DNA of 63,311 bases, counting the filler, from Licmophora abbreviata (lineage: Eukaryota), in NCBI GenBank assembly GCA_900291995.1. It is 25 parts of 25 records of this genome, joined end to end, with 100 filler letters (N's around TTAATTAATTAA, not from the genome) between each part and the next. Parts side by side here need not be neighbours in the genome. Positions count along the whole stretch, not along the records: positions 1 to 10,747 come from OLMU01005913.1; positions 10,848 to 12,920 come from OLMU01005915.1; 23 more parts are not named here. The stretch is one strand, 5' to 3'. Below, in pieces: positions 1-12,045 of this stretch (within the stretch, counting starts at the first letter, position 1; each line of letters starts with the position of its first letter). Under the pieces are notes generated by a model, which worked only from the letters and a program-made list of their open reading frames with translations, had not been told where the DNA came from and ran no database searches. The translations under genes were made by a program, and so were the position numbers.

Positions 1-176
1 GTGACCATGGGACCACAAACGAACCGGTATCATATCATACTAGCGCCAGGTTGTGTTACTGCCATCAGAGAGCTGATTCCATTCGATTCGACTGTTGAAA
101 AGAGATACGCAGCAGGCGAAGAGTCGTGAAAGCGATCCGAGATACGACCTCAGACCAGACTCTCTCCTCTCTCACC

Positions 177-776
177 ATGTCTACTTCACAAACTACAAGC
201 TCTTCCCCGGACCCCGCCGTCATGGAAGCCATCGAACGCGGGAATGTCGTTGTGTTTCTGGATGTCAGTATGGGTGAGGACACGCAAAAGGCTGCTGCAC
301 TGGGAAGAATCAAATTAGAACTCTTTGTCCGAGAGTGTCCCAAAACATGTGAAAACTTTCGACAGCTCTGTACCGGCGAGCACACCCATTCCAACGGCTC
401 CCCTATGGGCTACAAGAATTGCGCGTTCCATCGCGTCATGCGCGATTTCATGATTCAGGGTGGCGACTTTGTCAACAACGACGGCAGTGGCAAAATGAGT
501 ATTTACGGAAGCACCTTTGCCGATGAGAATTTGACGCTTGCCCACAACACGCCCGGGGTATTGAGCATGGCCAACAGTGGAGCCAATAGCAACGGTTGTC
601 AATTCTTTGTTACGACGAACAAATGCGAATGGCTGGATGGCAAGCACGTGGTATTTGGGAGAGTTTTAGATAGTACGAGCATGCTGACGGTACGCAAAAT
701 CGAGGCTGTGCCTGTGAGTGGAAGTGACCATCGGCCACGGATACCGATTCGCATTACGCAGTGTGGGGAGTTGTAG
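177..776 (+). CDS. PPIH: Cyclophilin-type peptidyl-prolyl cis-trans isomerase, probably spliceosomal cyclophilin H
   Basis: Motifs [38 protein letters not shown]...[16 protein letters not shown]; the C-terminus RKIEAVP...ITQCGEL resembles PPIH. First ATG in frame is at 177. Confidence 0.9.
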   Translation: MSTSQTTSSSPDPAVMEAIERGNVVVFLDVSMGEDTQKAAALGRIKLELFVRECPKTCENFRQLCTGEHTHSNGSPMGYKNCAFHRVMRDFMIQGGDFVNNDGSGKMSIYGSTFADENLTLAHNTPGVLSMANSGANSNGCQFFVTTNKCEWLDGKHVVFGRVLDSTSMLTVRKIEAVPVSGSDHRPRIPIRITQCGEL

Positions 777-835
777 CCCTAGCAAGTTTGCTACGATCAT
801 ACTTCTAGACATCGGCGTAGCTTGCTAGAGAGAGA

Positions 836-1610
836 TTAGTTCTTCTTTTTGGTTTCCCGCGATCCCTTGGCAAACGTCAATAGCGCATCCGGTTCATCCT
901 CCTTTTCCACGATCTTTCCTTTCGTTTTCTTCTGCTGTTGCTTATTTTGCTGTTTACGTTCGGCTGCCAAACGCATTTCGACTCTCGCCTTTGCCTTTCG
1001 CTGCTTTTCGGCCTGCTGCTGATTTCGTTGCGAGTTTTGAAGTTCGTCCTCTTCGCCCAGCAGCAAGTCCTTGACCACATCGTCGTCTAGTGTCTCCAGT
1101 TTCTTTTCCCTGTCTGATGCATCCAAATATGAGAGAAAGTGAAAGGCATATGAGTGGGCAATAGGATCACTCGACGACGACGGAGGTACTCGCCAGCCTT
1201 TCAATCGTTTGCGATTGGGCGTGTATTCGTGTCCCCGTCACTGTGATTCCAACGACTTACTGGACTTCAATGCCGACCGAGCTTGAAACAAGAGAAAGAG
1301 CACTGCCAGAACAGACAAGGCAATGTTCAGCGGAACAAACTTGAAGTAGACCTGAGTAAGAGGTAGCGAACAGAGAGCAAACAAGCAGAAATATCATGAG
1401 TCAGCAATGTTGTGCAACGCATCATGTCATACAAAGTACAAACAAAAAGGATCCAAAGATACAGTCACGATTTGGAGTCGAAATGACACCGAATCGATCT
1501 CTTCTTGTTCCTATCAATCTCACATAGATACTGCAGACGAGAATGAGCGGAAACGCAAACGCCAGGTTCTCTGTCGTGAGAAATATGTTGTTGCTGGGAC
1601 CGCCTGCCAT
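836..1610 (-). CDS. Small membrane protein with two hydrophobic segments and a charged coiled-coil C-terminus (3 exons)
   Basis: Exons 1610-1524, 1351-1261 and 1113-836 are joined by GT-AG introns and keep frame (456 nt): MAGGPSNN..LAFAFPLILVCSIY|VYFKFVPLNIALSVLAVLFLLFQARSALKS|NREKKLETLDDD...KKN*. Confidence 0.7.
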
Positions 1611-1938
1611 GGTTGATTCTTGATTGCGGATGTGGTGAGCTGTGATTTTGTGATTTTGCTGTTGTCATATCACAAAAAAAACAAAAAACGCAAGAAAGTC
1701 GATGTCATCGCCTGAACACGAGTATGATAGGGACAGATGAACAGACCTCTTTGTTGGCCTCAAGACCTCGCGGCAGCCATTTTCCGTTGAATATATATAT
1801 GCCGTACTGGCCACAAAAATATTGAGTACTTTCCCGCCAAAGCTCAGCCAGTCGCCAAAATTTCGCTCAAGGTACACTCGAACACGCATCATCACCATGG
1901 CAATACTACTGCCGCGAACCTTCTATACAACCACAACT

Positions 1939-2791
1939 ATGACTTCCCCCAAGCTTCTTTTGATGCTCCTGGCAGCCTTGCCTTCGATCAGCACGGCCTT
2001 GGACATTCAGCTTACGAGTTGGGAGTGCGATGAGACGCTTCAAGTTTACGCCACGTCCTTTGACATGAACTGCGATTCCAGTACGCGTTGTACCTTTGGA
2101 GAGCTTGCAAGCTTTTTCGGAACCAGTGAGTACATGAAAATGAGAAAGGTCGGTCTAAAATAAAGTGTCGAGTCTTATGGCGACTCAATCCTCTGTCTCT
2201 TTCCTCCCCCCTCGTGCAGTCCAGTACAGCGGAGTCGAGAACACGGGCATCCAAAATAACCTTGCATACTTGTCGGCCGACTTGACCTTCACAACGCTCC
2301 ACTACGATCTCTTTGATTACTTTGAGTTTGATCTCTGTTACGACGGCGTCATTGAAGAAATCGAGGGCGACGGATCCGACACTTCCAATAATAATGCCTG
2401 TCCCGGTGACAGTGAGTATGGGTTCAGCGTTGCCTACACGCTGCCAGGCGCAACGGAAACGTCCTGGTTGGCAACTGGCTTCACGGGATACGGTGACTTG
2501 TACATGTACGCCGATCAAAGTCAAGACGCATTAATTGGATACTGCCAATTTGAGCTCAAACCGATGGTCACACCCGACAGTGCCAAGTCTTTCAACATGC
2601 CTTCTGCAAAGGCAACAGGCATTACTGCCCTAGTACTGGTCGGACTGCTGGTTCTGACATTGTTGTACTGCACGTGCTGTCGCCGTAGGCGTCGTGGTGG
2701 TGATTCGGATGATGCCACGTCCTTTATACGGATGCAAGAAGGGGACAATCAAAGTTCGGCGATGAGTACCAGACCTGGAACCTTGGCGTAA
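1939..2791 (+). CDS. Type I membrane protein of unknown function (signal peptide, Cys-containing ectodomain, TM helix, CCRRRRR tail); 2 exons
   Basis: Signal peptide LLLMLLAALPSISTA; intron 2126-2219 (GTGAGT..TGCAG) joins FFGT to IQYSG; TM GITALVLVGLLVLTLLYC followed by a basic stop-transfer segment. The start could be the upstream ATG at 1897. Confidence 0.7.
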
Positions 2792-3176
2792 TTCTTTCTA
2801 GTCGAGGCTGCATTGATGTCTGAGGGTACATACGAGGGTTGGATGTGAGGATAGAGAGAGGGCACGGCACGGAGACATAGATGCGATAAGGCGGGCTGAA
2901 ATGGACTGATTGACTATATTATGATTACGAGTACATGGAAGATTCGTAGGTAGAGTGCGTCGAAAGTGGTGGTACCTCTTTCGGTACAATCGCGCCGCTC
3001 GACTGGAGCAACTGTCTGACCAACAAGGGAGCACCTCAAGTTTTTTTTTACAAAACGGGAGGCGGAAGCTAGAATTTGAATGAGCTAGAGCGTCAGTCTA
3101 GTACAGAGGACATGCTCTTGGTCGGAACCTATCTACCAGTATCGCACCGTCACATCTCGTCCACCACACTCGGCAG

Positions 3177-4368
3177 TCACCCTTCATCTTCGATGTCTTT
3201 CGTTTCTCCCATAAGATCCAACATGGCCTCTCCAAACGCCTCTCCGATGCTGTAAAACGTATCTGCCCGTCCATTGTAATGATAGAATCCATCAAAAGTC
3301 TCGTCTTCTGGCGAATCCGTCACCATATAAGTCGATGTTTTGACGAATCGGGTGGTATTGCTGAATTCGTCCAGTTTCGTTACTTGGCGCTGAATAGTGC
3401 GAAACTCCTTGACTCGGATCTGATCTTGATCTGTCATGCTGTCGAAATTAGCACCGTGCTGGCCCAATTCGCCAATGACAATGGGGAGATCTGGTGTGTC
3501 GAGATCCAATCGTACGCTGCGAATCAAACTCTTCAGATTGGAAGAGTACTCGGCCACCTTTTTGGGATCAACATAGTCTATTTTGGAACGGTGATGATCA
3601 ATTGGATAAAACAATAACATACGTAGTGATGAGAGTGTGAAATGCGGCATTCAGAAAAAAGACGAACCGACCTCTTATGGATCGTGTTGCACGATACGAC
3701 CTACCGTTCCAAGCCTGAAACCACACAAGTCCTGATAGTGTCACCTCGGTGTCATCCGTATATCCAGGTACATACTTGTCCAAATTGTGCAGAGTGTTGA
3801 GTATATTCCAAATCATGTCTCGATACGTATTGCCATAGTCAACGGGTTTGTAGGGATCACATGTTTCCCAGTAGTAGCATGGATACTGCAAGACTCCCTC
3901 CAAGCAAGAGGTTGGAGGCCTAAATTCCACCGTCAGAGCTCTTCCTCCCCATGCCGTCTTGATTAATAGTATTTGTTCGTCATTGCTGCTCAAGGAGTCG
4001 CCGACGGTCCACCCAAAGCCCACTTCGACCCCGAATCGATCTTCCGGATTGGCAAATCCGGGAGCGACTGTCAGATTGCCGGATCGTTCCAAGAATCGAA
4101 CAAAGACGTCGTCTCGTGTTTTCCAAGTGTCCTGGGAAGCATCCCAAAGCTTCTGATACTTGCCACTGTCTTCACCATCCTGCAGTAAGTCGTGCAAATG
4201 ATCGACCTTACCCTTGCCTTCCATGTTGCTCTGTCCCGCCAGAATGAAAACGCGGAGTGGCTTGGTGGCTGTGCTGGACGAATCTGCCATTGATTTTGGG
4301 AGTATCAGGAGCAGTAAACCGAAGCCCATTGTTTTTAAATGGTGTGCAAGGAGAGTAGTGAACGACAT
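3177..4368 (-). CDS. Sialate O-acetylesterase (SASA/DUF303, SGNH carbohydrate esterase), secreted; 2 exons
   Basis: VFILAGQSNMEG block I, LIKTAWGG, and WFQAWND formed across intron 3578-3704; also PIVIGELG and YHYNG; N-terminal hydrophobic segment. Confidence 0.85.
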
Positions 4369-4693
4369 GGTAGCGTAAAGAGAACGAGACGAAGGACGAC
4401 AGCGGCTGCCAACATGCATCCTCATTAGCATGGTCATCAAGCGAGTGAGTTTGGTCTTGTGATATATCTCGTGTGGCTTAACTGTGGATTTTCAATTTTC
4501 AATTTGTGTCGCGCGTTGTATGGAATCTGGAGTTTGTATGATAGAACGTGTGACAAACATCAACGATACAGAAGTACGATAAAAATTTAAGATTCCAGAC
4601 TCTATTGAAGTTGATTGGCTGCCAAACTTTTTTCTTTCTCGCTTTTTTCTCAACTTTTTTCCGTTTTGTGAGAGATGTGATGTCCGCACAATC

Positions 4694-6010
4694 ATGATGG
4701 CGTGTGCTGTGTCACGTCCCGGTATTTCGATGACTCGGACGCTACCGAACAGTCGACCTAGTGGGACGACCACACTGCTGCTCCTCGTGGTAGCAGTAGT
4801 ATGTGTATCGTTGGATTCCGCCACAGCCTTTGCAACTCCCCCAGGCGTTCACAGCCTCGCCCGCCATCACCATCATCCGTACGTCACTCTCACGCCCGTT
4901 ACCGACGAAGACTCCACCAACGTGAGTCAAGAGCAAGTAGGAAAGGAGGAAGAAGATGATTCGAGTGTAGAACAAGTCTCGGTGTTCTCAGTCTCCTCCA
5001 TTCTTCCCACGATAGATCTCGAAACCAGCCATGTCTTGTCGGAAGAACAAGCCAACCCCGTGATTCGCCTTGGTTCCGCCGACAAGCAGAAAATTATCAA
5101 TGGATTCGGGCTGTGGGCTCTATGTGTGTCACTACTCACGGGTCCCGTCTGGGTACTGGCCATGATGTTCGTCGAGAACGTTATGTACAAGCTACTGCCA
5201 TCGTCCTTTGATCCCCACCGATCCATCTTTGACTCCACTGGCAAACTCTGGGCCAAGACATGGTTGACCATGACGCAAAGTTATCCCAGTGTGTCTGGGA
5301 ACGTCGAATTATTGAAGAAGCAGAATACGCCCTGTTTGTTTGTTGCCAATCATGCGTCATGGTTGGATATTCCTATCTTGTGTACTGTTCTCGATCCAGT
5401 ATTCAAGTTTATTGCCAAGGGTGAGCTGCAAGATGTACCCTGTGTCGGACAGCAATTGAAAGGGGTGAGTTGCTACGCCAACGATATGATAGGAGCGAGT
5501 GCCGACGATGAGCTCTCTCCGTGGTGTACGTCAATACCATCTACATAGTTCGTCTCTGCTCACTTTGTTCCTGTTTCTTCTTCTACCATCATGTTTGTTT
5601 CAAAATAGGGCCATCACATTTTGATCGACCGCACGGACCGCCGTTCCCAACTCCGCACCTTCCGAGAAGGTCTGAACTGGCTGCAAACGAAAGGCGTGCC
5701 CCTCATGGCATTTCCGGAGGGTCAGCGGAGTATCGATGGAAAACTCCTTCCGTTCAAAGGCGGCGTCCTACAACTCGCGCGCAAGGCCAATGTCCCCATT
5801 GTGCCGATTAGTATTAGTCATGCGCATGCCGTCATGCCATCCAACTCGTACTTTCCTGTGCAGGCGGGGAACAATAAGCTACATGTACATGTGCACGATG
5901 CCATTGAACATGTAGCAGAGATGGAGGAAAAGGAATTGGAAGATATGGTGAGGAATGCCTTGTTGAGCGGTATGCCTCGAGATCAGCATCCACTGACCAC
6001 GACAGACTGA
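4694..6010 (+). CDS. plsC: 1-acyl-sn-glycerol-3-phosphate acyltransferase (LPAAT/PlsC), probably plastid-targeted; 2 exons
   Basis: NHASWLD (HX4D), FIAKGEL, IDR, FPEG.RS, LPFKGG and VPIVP motifs; intron 5465-5608 keeps frame; signal peptide followed by ATA|FATP. Confidence 0.9.
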
Positions 6011-6355
6011 ACTGTGGAAGTGAATTGATAAGCGGTGCGCTAATGATTGAAGGAAGAGATGTTCCTAATGGCGGGTATGCTATGCTCCACCAAATTTGCT
6101 AATGTTACTTGTACATATTATAAAAAGAGTAGCAAAGCACATGTCCATGGAAAGGCGGTACCTGGTACTTGTTCATGGACCACAAAGCTTTGACGACTTC
6201 CAATTTTGATTTCGACGTGCGTACCTGAAACCAACACGGACGAATGCCTGACCCCTAAATTCATGGCGCGCGATGATCCGCAGCGATCGCGCGAAACACT
6301 TTCTGCGCCAATCGGTCTACTCGTAGGAACCTACCGGTATGTTTCAGTCTCGACG

Positions 6356-8494
6356 ATGATGGGGCGACGAGGGACGACGATGATTATGCGTTCTACTACG
6401 AATCGATCGTCGCAACGACGACCGTGTTGCTTCTCTCATGCACCCCTCTTAAAAGGCGTAGTCCTCATTCTACTACTGATTGAAGCTTCTTCTGCGTTTT
6501 CATCGGCAGACTCGAAGCATACTGTTTTGAAAATTCAGAATTTCAGTCGGGGGCTGCTGATTCGAAAGAGCAACACCCGTGCGGATGCAGCCGACAGCAG
6601 TGGTTCTGGAGCGACAAGCAGTAGTCCTACTACTACTGTGGTAGAGAGCTCCAACGATGATGTGCAGTCTACAACGAGCAACACCACAAAGCAACTCAGT
6701 CAGAATGCCGCCTACATCCAGTCGCTACTACGAAATCTCACAAACGTTTTGGATCGATGGATTGTGAATGGATCGCCACTGCTACAGACTCAAGCGCATA
6801 ATATATTGCAACAGATTCGACGACAATCTATGGATGAAGAGCTGTCGCAACAGGCTGTGCGCAAGATGAAGCGAGCGGGAATGCCTTTGCCAGCTGCTGT
6901 GGGTAGTAGTAATGCGAATGACCGTAAGGTGGAACTGGGCAAGACAGACAATGCTTCGGAACGGAGGGAACATGCCGAGGCGAGGAAGGCATGGGAAGAA
7001 CAGCATCAATCTACAAGTGAAGAAAGACTTTCGGCAAATGCAGGTCGCTCGGCGCTGTCGTCGCGAGCAGCCCGAAATGGCAAACCAGATCTATTCCTGT
7101 CGTCGGTCGATTCTCGATTGCAGCCACAAAACTTCGCAGAAGACAAGACGGCTCTGGAACAGTCGTTGCGCCAGACGTCGGGAAAAGCTACTCCTCTGAC
7201 CTCAGGCTTCACACCGTCTTCAATATCAGCCTCATTGTCATCTTCCACCCATACAGACTCAAATTCACCACTCTCGCAGTCGACATCGACACAGCAAGAT
7301 CCATATGTCCGCTCTTCTGAATTGGTCGCACTCGCCGGTGCCAACAACTTTGACGGTGAATATATGGGCATTGGTGGATTGGACGATGTGCTAGCACAAG
7401 TCAAACGTCGCATCTGGGTACCGCTCGCTGCGCCGCCTCAGCTGTTGCAAGAACTAGGTATTCATCCCGTGAGGGGATTGCTGTTGTATGGCATACCGGG
7501 CTGCGGCAAGACATTGCTGGCACGAACGATTGGCAAGATTTTGTCTCCTGTGCGGCCCGTGACGGTCGTCAGTGGACCAGAGCTAATGGACAAGTTCGTT
7601 GGGAGCAGCGAAAAGAATTTGCGTGAGGTCTTTGATAGTCCTCCCGATATATACGACACATTCCGTCTGCGCGAAGCAGATGGAGGCGACTCCCTGGCAA
7701 GTGCAGCACTGCACGTCATTATTATGGATGAGTTCGATGCCATGGCACGAACACGTGGTGGTCGGGATGGCAAGGGAGATCAAGGAGATGCAGGTGTGGC
7801 GCGAGATAGCGTCGTGAACCAGTTGTTGGCCAAGATGGATGGTGTCGACTCGTTGGTGGTGCCGACACTTGTGATTGGCTTGACCAATAAGCGTAGTTTG
7901 ATCGAAGCGGCCTTGCTGCGACCAGGGCGGTTTGAAGTGCAAATCGAAGTGCCCCCGCCGCGAACCATGGAGCAGCGCGTCAGTATTCTCAAGGTCCACA
8001 CGAAACAAATGTACGAAGCCGGGCGATTGTTGGTGCGGGACGCGCCCGCTGGAACTCCTTCGAGCTCTCATGTGGAGGTGAGTATTCCGTGTGTGAAGCT
8101 AGCCGGAAAGTGTTGCGACGACGAACGATTTGTCGACGAATCTCACTTTTCCATTTTCCTACTGGCCTATCAACAGTTGCACAAAGGCTCGCAGACGCTT
8201 TTGTCATATCATGAACTGCTGGACAGATTGGCGACGGAATGCGATGGCATGTCGGGGGCTTCACTTGCGGGCGTAGCCCGAGCAGCGGCAAGTCACGCTT
8301 TGGAACGAGCCGTCGTTGAGTTCTCGACCACTGTGGCAGAAGGCCATCCTGTTTTGAACTGTCTAGTGACGCAGGAGGATTTTGAAGGAGCCGTTGAGGA
8401 TGTATTTGAAAGCAGCGGCGATACTGACCGACAAGAAACGATTGTCGACGAAGAAGAGCCGAGAAAGAAAGTGCCAGAGGAGGGTAATCGGTAG
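6356..8494 (+). CDS. AAA+ ATPase with a single NSF/Sec18 D1-like domain and an N-terminal bipartite targeting sequence
   Basis: MGIGGLD, Walker A GIPGCGKT, KFVGSSEKNLR, Walker B LHVIIMDEFD, DSVVNQLLAKMDGV, SRH ALLRPGRFEV. Probable in-frame 99-nt intron at 8078-8176. Confidence 0.85.
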   Translation: MMGRRGTTMIMRSTTNRSSQRRPCCFSHAPLLKGVVLILLLIEASSAFSSADSKHTVLKIQNFSRGLLIRKSNTRADAADSSGSGATSSSPTTTVVESSNDDVQSTTSNTTKQLSQNAAYIQSLLRNLTNVLDRWIVNGSPLLQTQAHNILQQIRRQSMDEELSQQAVRKMKRAGMPLPAAVGSSNANDRKVELGKTDNASERREHAEARKAWEEQHQSTSEERLSANAGRSALSSRAARNGKPDLFLSSVDSRLQPQNFAEDKTALEQSLRQTSGKATPLTSGFTPSSISASLSSSTHTDSNSPLSQSTSTQQDPYVRSSELVALAGANNFDGEYMGIGGLDDVLAQVKRRIWVPLAAPPQLLQELGIHPVRGLLLYGIPGCGKTLLARTIGKILSPVRPVTVVSGPELMDKFVGSSEKNLREVFDSPPDIYDTFRLREADGGDSLASAALHVIIMDEFDAMARTRGGRDGKGDQGDAGVARDSVVNQLLAKMDGVDSLVVPTLVIGLTNKRSLIEAALLRPGRFEVQIEVPPPRTMEQRVSILKVHTKQMYEAGRLLVRDAPAGTPSSSHVEVSIPCVKLAGKCCDDERFVDESHFSIFLLAYQQLHKGSQTLLSYHELLDRLATECDGMSGASLAGVARAAASHALERAVVEFSTTVAEGHPVLNCLVTQEDFEGAVEDVFESSGDTDRQETIVDEEEPRKKVPEEGNR

Positions 8495-8632
8495 CAATGA
8501 TTCTGATTCGTCCATGGTAGACTTACAGACTGAGCCGACGCACCTCATATTTCACTGTGTAATCAACATGCTATCAGTAATTATATCTGGTACACTTTCA
8601 ATTTAATCTGCTTGCAAGATACGAATTCGCGC

Positions 8633-10747
8633 TTAGTCTGCGCAGCGCTGAGTTTGCTCTGGAGTCAACTTTCCTCCAACGGGCAGAAAACACATCTCCC
8701 CATCAGGAGCCGAAGCCGACACTCGGAGTGTTTCAGCCTGCGACAAAATCTCGGCCTTAACGAGAGGAGAATCCGCCTCTGAGGGGGGATACAACTGCCA
8801 AAAGTTTGAAAGTTCACTCTCCCAGTTGGCTAAAATCTCCTCAGCCCTCTCGCTTCCAGTCAGCTCGTAGTGTCGCTCGATCATGGTCCGTAGCTGGATC
8901 TCTGCATCCGGAGTAACGACCCGCTGTGTCTCCACGATTTCCCGGTTTACCTTTTCTGTGAATGATCCTTCGCGATCATAGAAGTAGCCAATGCCACCAG
9001 TCATCCCGGCGCCAACGTTGCGACCTACGGTGCCAAGCATGACGATAGCCCCGCCGGTCATATACTCACAGCAGTGGTCGCCGGCTCCTTCGGCGACAGC
9101 GAACGCTCCACTGTTGCGTACGCCGAAGCGCTCACCAGCGCGTCCATTGGCATGGAAGTCTCCGCCTGTCGCCCCGTACAAGCAAGCGTTCCCGACAATG
9201 CTCGAGTCAGCAGCATTAAATCCTGCATCGCTCTCTGGGGCCACCACAATCTCGCCACCATGCATGCCCTTTCCAACGTAATCGTTAGCTTCTCCAGTCA
9301 ACCGTACATAAAGGCCGGGAAGAACGAAGGCCCCAAATGACTGACCAGCAGATCCGTCGAACTGGACCGTGATCTTGCCTTGAAAGCCCTTGTTTCCATG
9401 CGCACGTGCAATGTCACCAGCAAGCATGGCGCAGGTACTGCGATCAGTGTTCTTAATAGGGTAACTCACGACTGTCTCGCCAGCGTTCTCGAGAATAACC
9501 TTCTGAATCCCTTCATCTCCGGAAATTTCACGATCCAAGTCCGAGCTAAAGCCGTTCACGTGAACATTTTCTTCCTTACGAACTTGAGCACCGCCTTCCA
9601 TCGTATATCTGAGGAACGACCGGTCCTCGCTCGAGTCGGGGACCCCGGAGAAAAAAGGGGCAACCTCAATTCCCTTGGTCTTCGCAACACGAGCGTGTTG
9701 CTTTTCGTTCTCTCCAAGCAGGTCCGCCCGGCCGATCAAGTCCTCAAACTTGGCATAACCCATATGTGCCATAAGACCGCGAACCTCTTCGGCCACGAAA
9801 TGGAAGAAGTTAACGACGTGCTCCGGCGTTCCAGGGAATTTCTTTCGCAATTCTTCCTTCTGACTTGTGACTCCTACTGGACAAGTGTTGAGATGGCATA
9901 CACGAGCCATCACACACCCTTCGGCAATCATCGCAATCGTTCCAAATCCGTACTCCTCGGCGCCCAGCATCGCAGCAACAACAACGTCGCGTCCAGTTCG
10001 GATGCCACCGTCAGCACGTAGAATCACGCGGTCGCGAAGACCGTTTGCGAGGAGAGCAGAGTGGGCCTCTGTGAGGCCAAGCTCCCATGGGCAACCTGCA
10101 TGCTTGATAGAAGACAAAGGCGACGCGCCAGTTCCGCCGTCACCGCCTGAAATCTGAATCAAGTCAGCGTCTGCCTTTGCAACACCGCAAGCAACAGTTC
10201 CGATGCCGATGGACGAGACGAGCTTCACCGACACTCCAGCCTTCTCGTTAACGGCGTGCAGATCATGAATGAGTTGGGCAAGATCCTAGGACGACAAGAA
10301 AAGCACACGTCAGTCGACTAACTCCAAAGATAAAATGAGATACAGACCAAGCGTGCTCACCTCAATACTGTAGATATCATGGTGAGGTGGAGGCGAGATG
10401 AGAGTCACCCCAGGCTTGCTGGCCCGCAAGCCTGCAATGTAATCAGATACTTTGGGCCCTGGAAGTTGACCGCCCTCCCCAGGCTTGGCGCCCTGCGCCA
10501 TTTTAATTTCCAACTGCTTGGCCGTGACCAAGAATTCAGGCGTGACGCCAAAGCGACCACTAGCAACTTGATGGATAAAAGAGTTCGCAGAGTCACCGTT
10601 TTTCAGTCCAGCCAAATGCGGAAAGGTAGAACTTCGTCCCTTTTCATCCACGTCCCTTATTTCTTTGCCTCGAACAACGTCCTCTCCCCCCTCACCAGAG
10701 TTCGACTTTCCTCCGATACGGTTCATAGCGATGGCAAGTGTTTCGTG
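8633..10747 (-). CDS. gltB: Ferredoxin-dependent glutamate synthase (Fd-GOGAT), 3' part; 5' part lost in gap
   Basis: [52 protein letters not shown] (intron 10286-10360), 3Fe-4S motif [17 protein letters not shown], and C-terminal GXGXG beta-helix. The gene ends without a small-subunit fusion. Confidence 0.95.
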
Positions 10748-10847
10748 NNNNNNNNNNNNNNNNNNNNNNNNNNNNNNNNNNNNNNNNNNNNTTAATTAAT
10801 TAANNNNNNNNNNNNNNNNNNNNNNNNNNNNNNNNNNNNNNNNNNNN
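10748..10847. other. Artificial scaffold spacer N44-TTAATTAATTAA-N44 (first of 24 identical copies)
   Basis: Identical 100-nt blocks start at 10748, 12921, 14315, 18363, 20620, 22004, 24016, 26196, 28277, 29434, 31134, 32678, 33798, 35402, 42326, 45587, 47216, 49461, 51712, 54233, 55890, 57797, 60172 and 61587. TTAATTAATTAA gives stops in all six frames. Confidence 0.98.
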
Positions 10848-12045
10848 TAGCCACAGAACTAATAAGGAATGACCTGACAAGACGGATGCATTCGAACCAC
10901 GTCTACCGACGAGATTTCATACCTTTTTTGAGTCAGCTTTGAGGAGGGGCACCAATGAAAGAGCGAACAGCACGTGGGCGAGCAACATCATCTTGCGGCT
11001 GCGTAGCCGCATTCGGAGTCTCATCGACACACGACTACTCTGCTAGAGCGCAACTACCCAGGTATGGTGTACCCTCTCTAGCGAGTCGAGTCACTGATCT
11101 GCTGGTCTACCGAAAGGATGAAATAGAGAAATAAAATGCGGCAGAGCTAATGGGTGGGCGGTTCAAACTTATGAATATCATACCAGTTCCAGCTAAGGGT
11201 CATGAAGATTGCACCCGTACCACAGTTGCCATCGACATCGTCGTCGCAAATGTCATCAAAGCTTTTCCGAAGTAGTCGATTTCATCAAAATGAAAATTGA
11301 CCAAAACACCAAAACATCAGTAAATTCTCGATTCTCCCCCAATTCTGATACTTTCATAAGAAATCAGAGCCTTCTAGCGAAAAACCTCCATTTGATAGAA
11401 ACCCGGAAAGTAGAAAGGAGCCCGAACTGCTCTGGAACATCATCGATAGCTTGCACACTCTTGTTCGACAACAAGAAGGAGCCTTGCATTGTCCTCCGTA
11501 TCATACCGTACTTGTAGTCTCCTCTCTATCTAGAAGGGTAACCACTTGCGTCGCGACGTATCGAGAGTCAGTCGAGTCAATCATCAGTCTACCGGCCGAA
11601 GCGCTGGGGTTAGTCTACGGCTGGCGTACAGACCGTCAAATTTTTTGGTGTCCGCGCGCGATTTTCATCAGTGGATCTGTTCTGTGTGTGATCTGTTCGG
11701 CAAAGATCGAGCAATGAGCAGTGAAAGTTGGAAGTACCGTTACTTTAGTCATCATCATCGTCAACAAGCTGAGGGAGAAAGAGCAGGATATCCGAAAACC
11801 CTGAACCCGAGCGATAGAGGAAAGTTGAACCGGTTTCATACAACGAGACAGCTAAGGATTTATTTGCTCATCTGGATCGAAAACTGAATCGAATCCTGAA
11901 TCATCGGAACTCTCGTCCTCCGTGTCAAGTAAACACCGTGACATTCTCATTGAACGCTCTCATATCAGATTTCGACGAGTACCGAGTGCGGTGTTCTAGT
12001 GATCCACACCGGGGCGGGCAGGAAGGACTTGTAAACTGAAGGACT

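Noticed and set aside
10880..10910. GGTTCGAA (B-box/T-loop-like) on the minus strand
   Set aside because: No T-stem, cloverleaf or A-box; not supportable as a tRNA or SINE.
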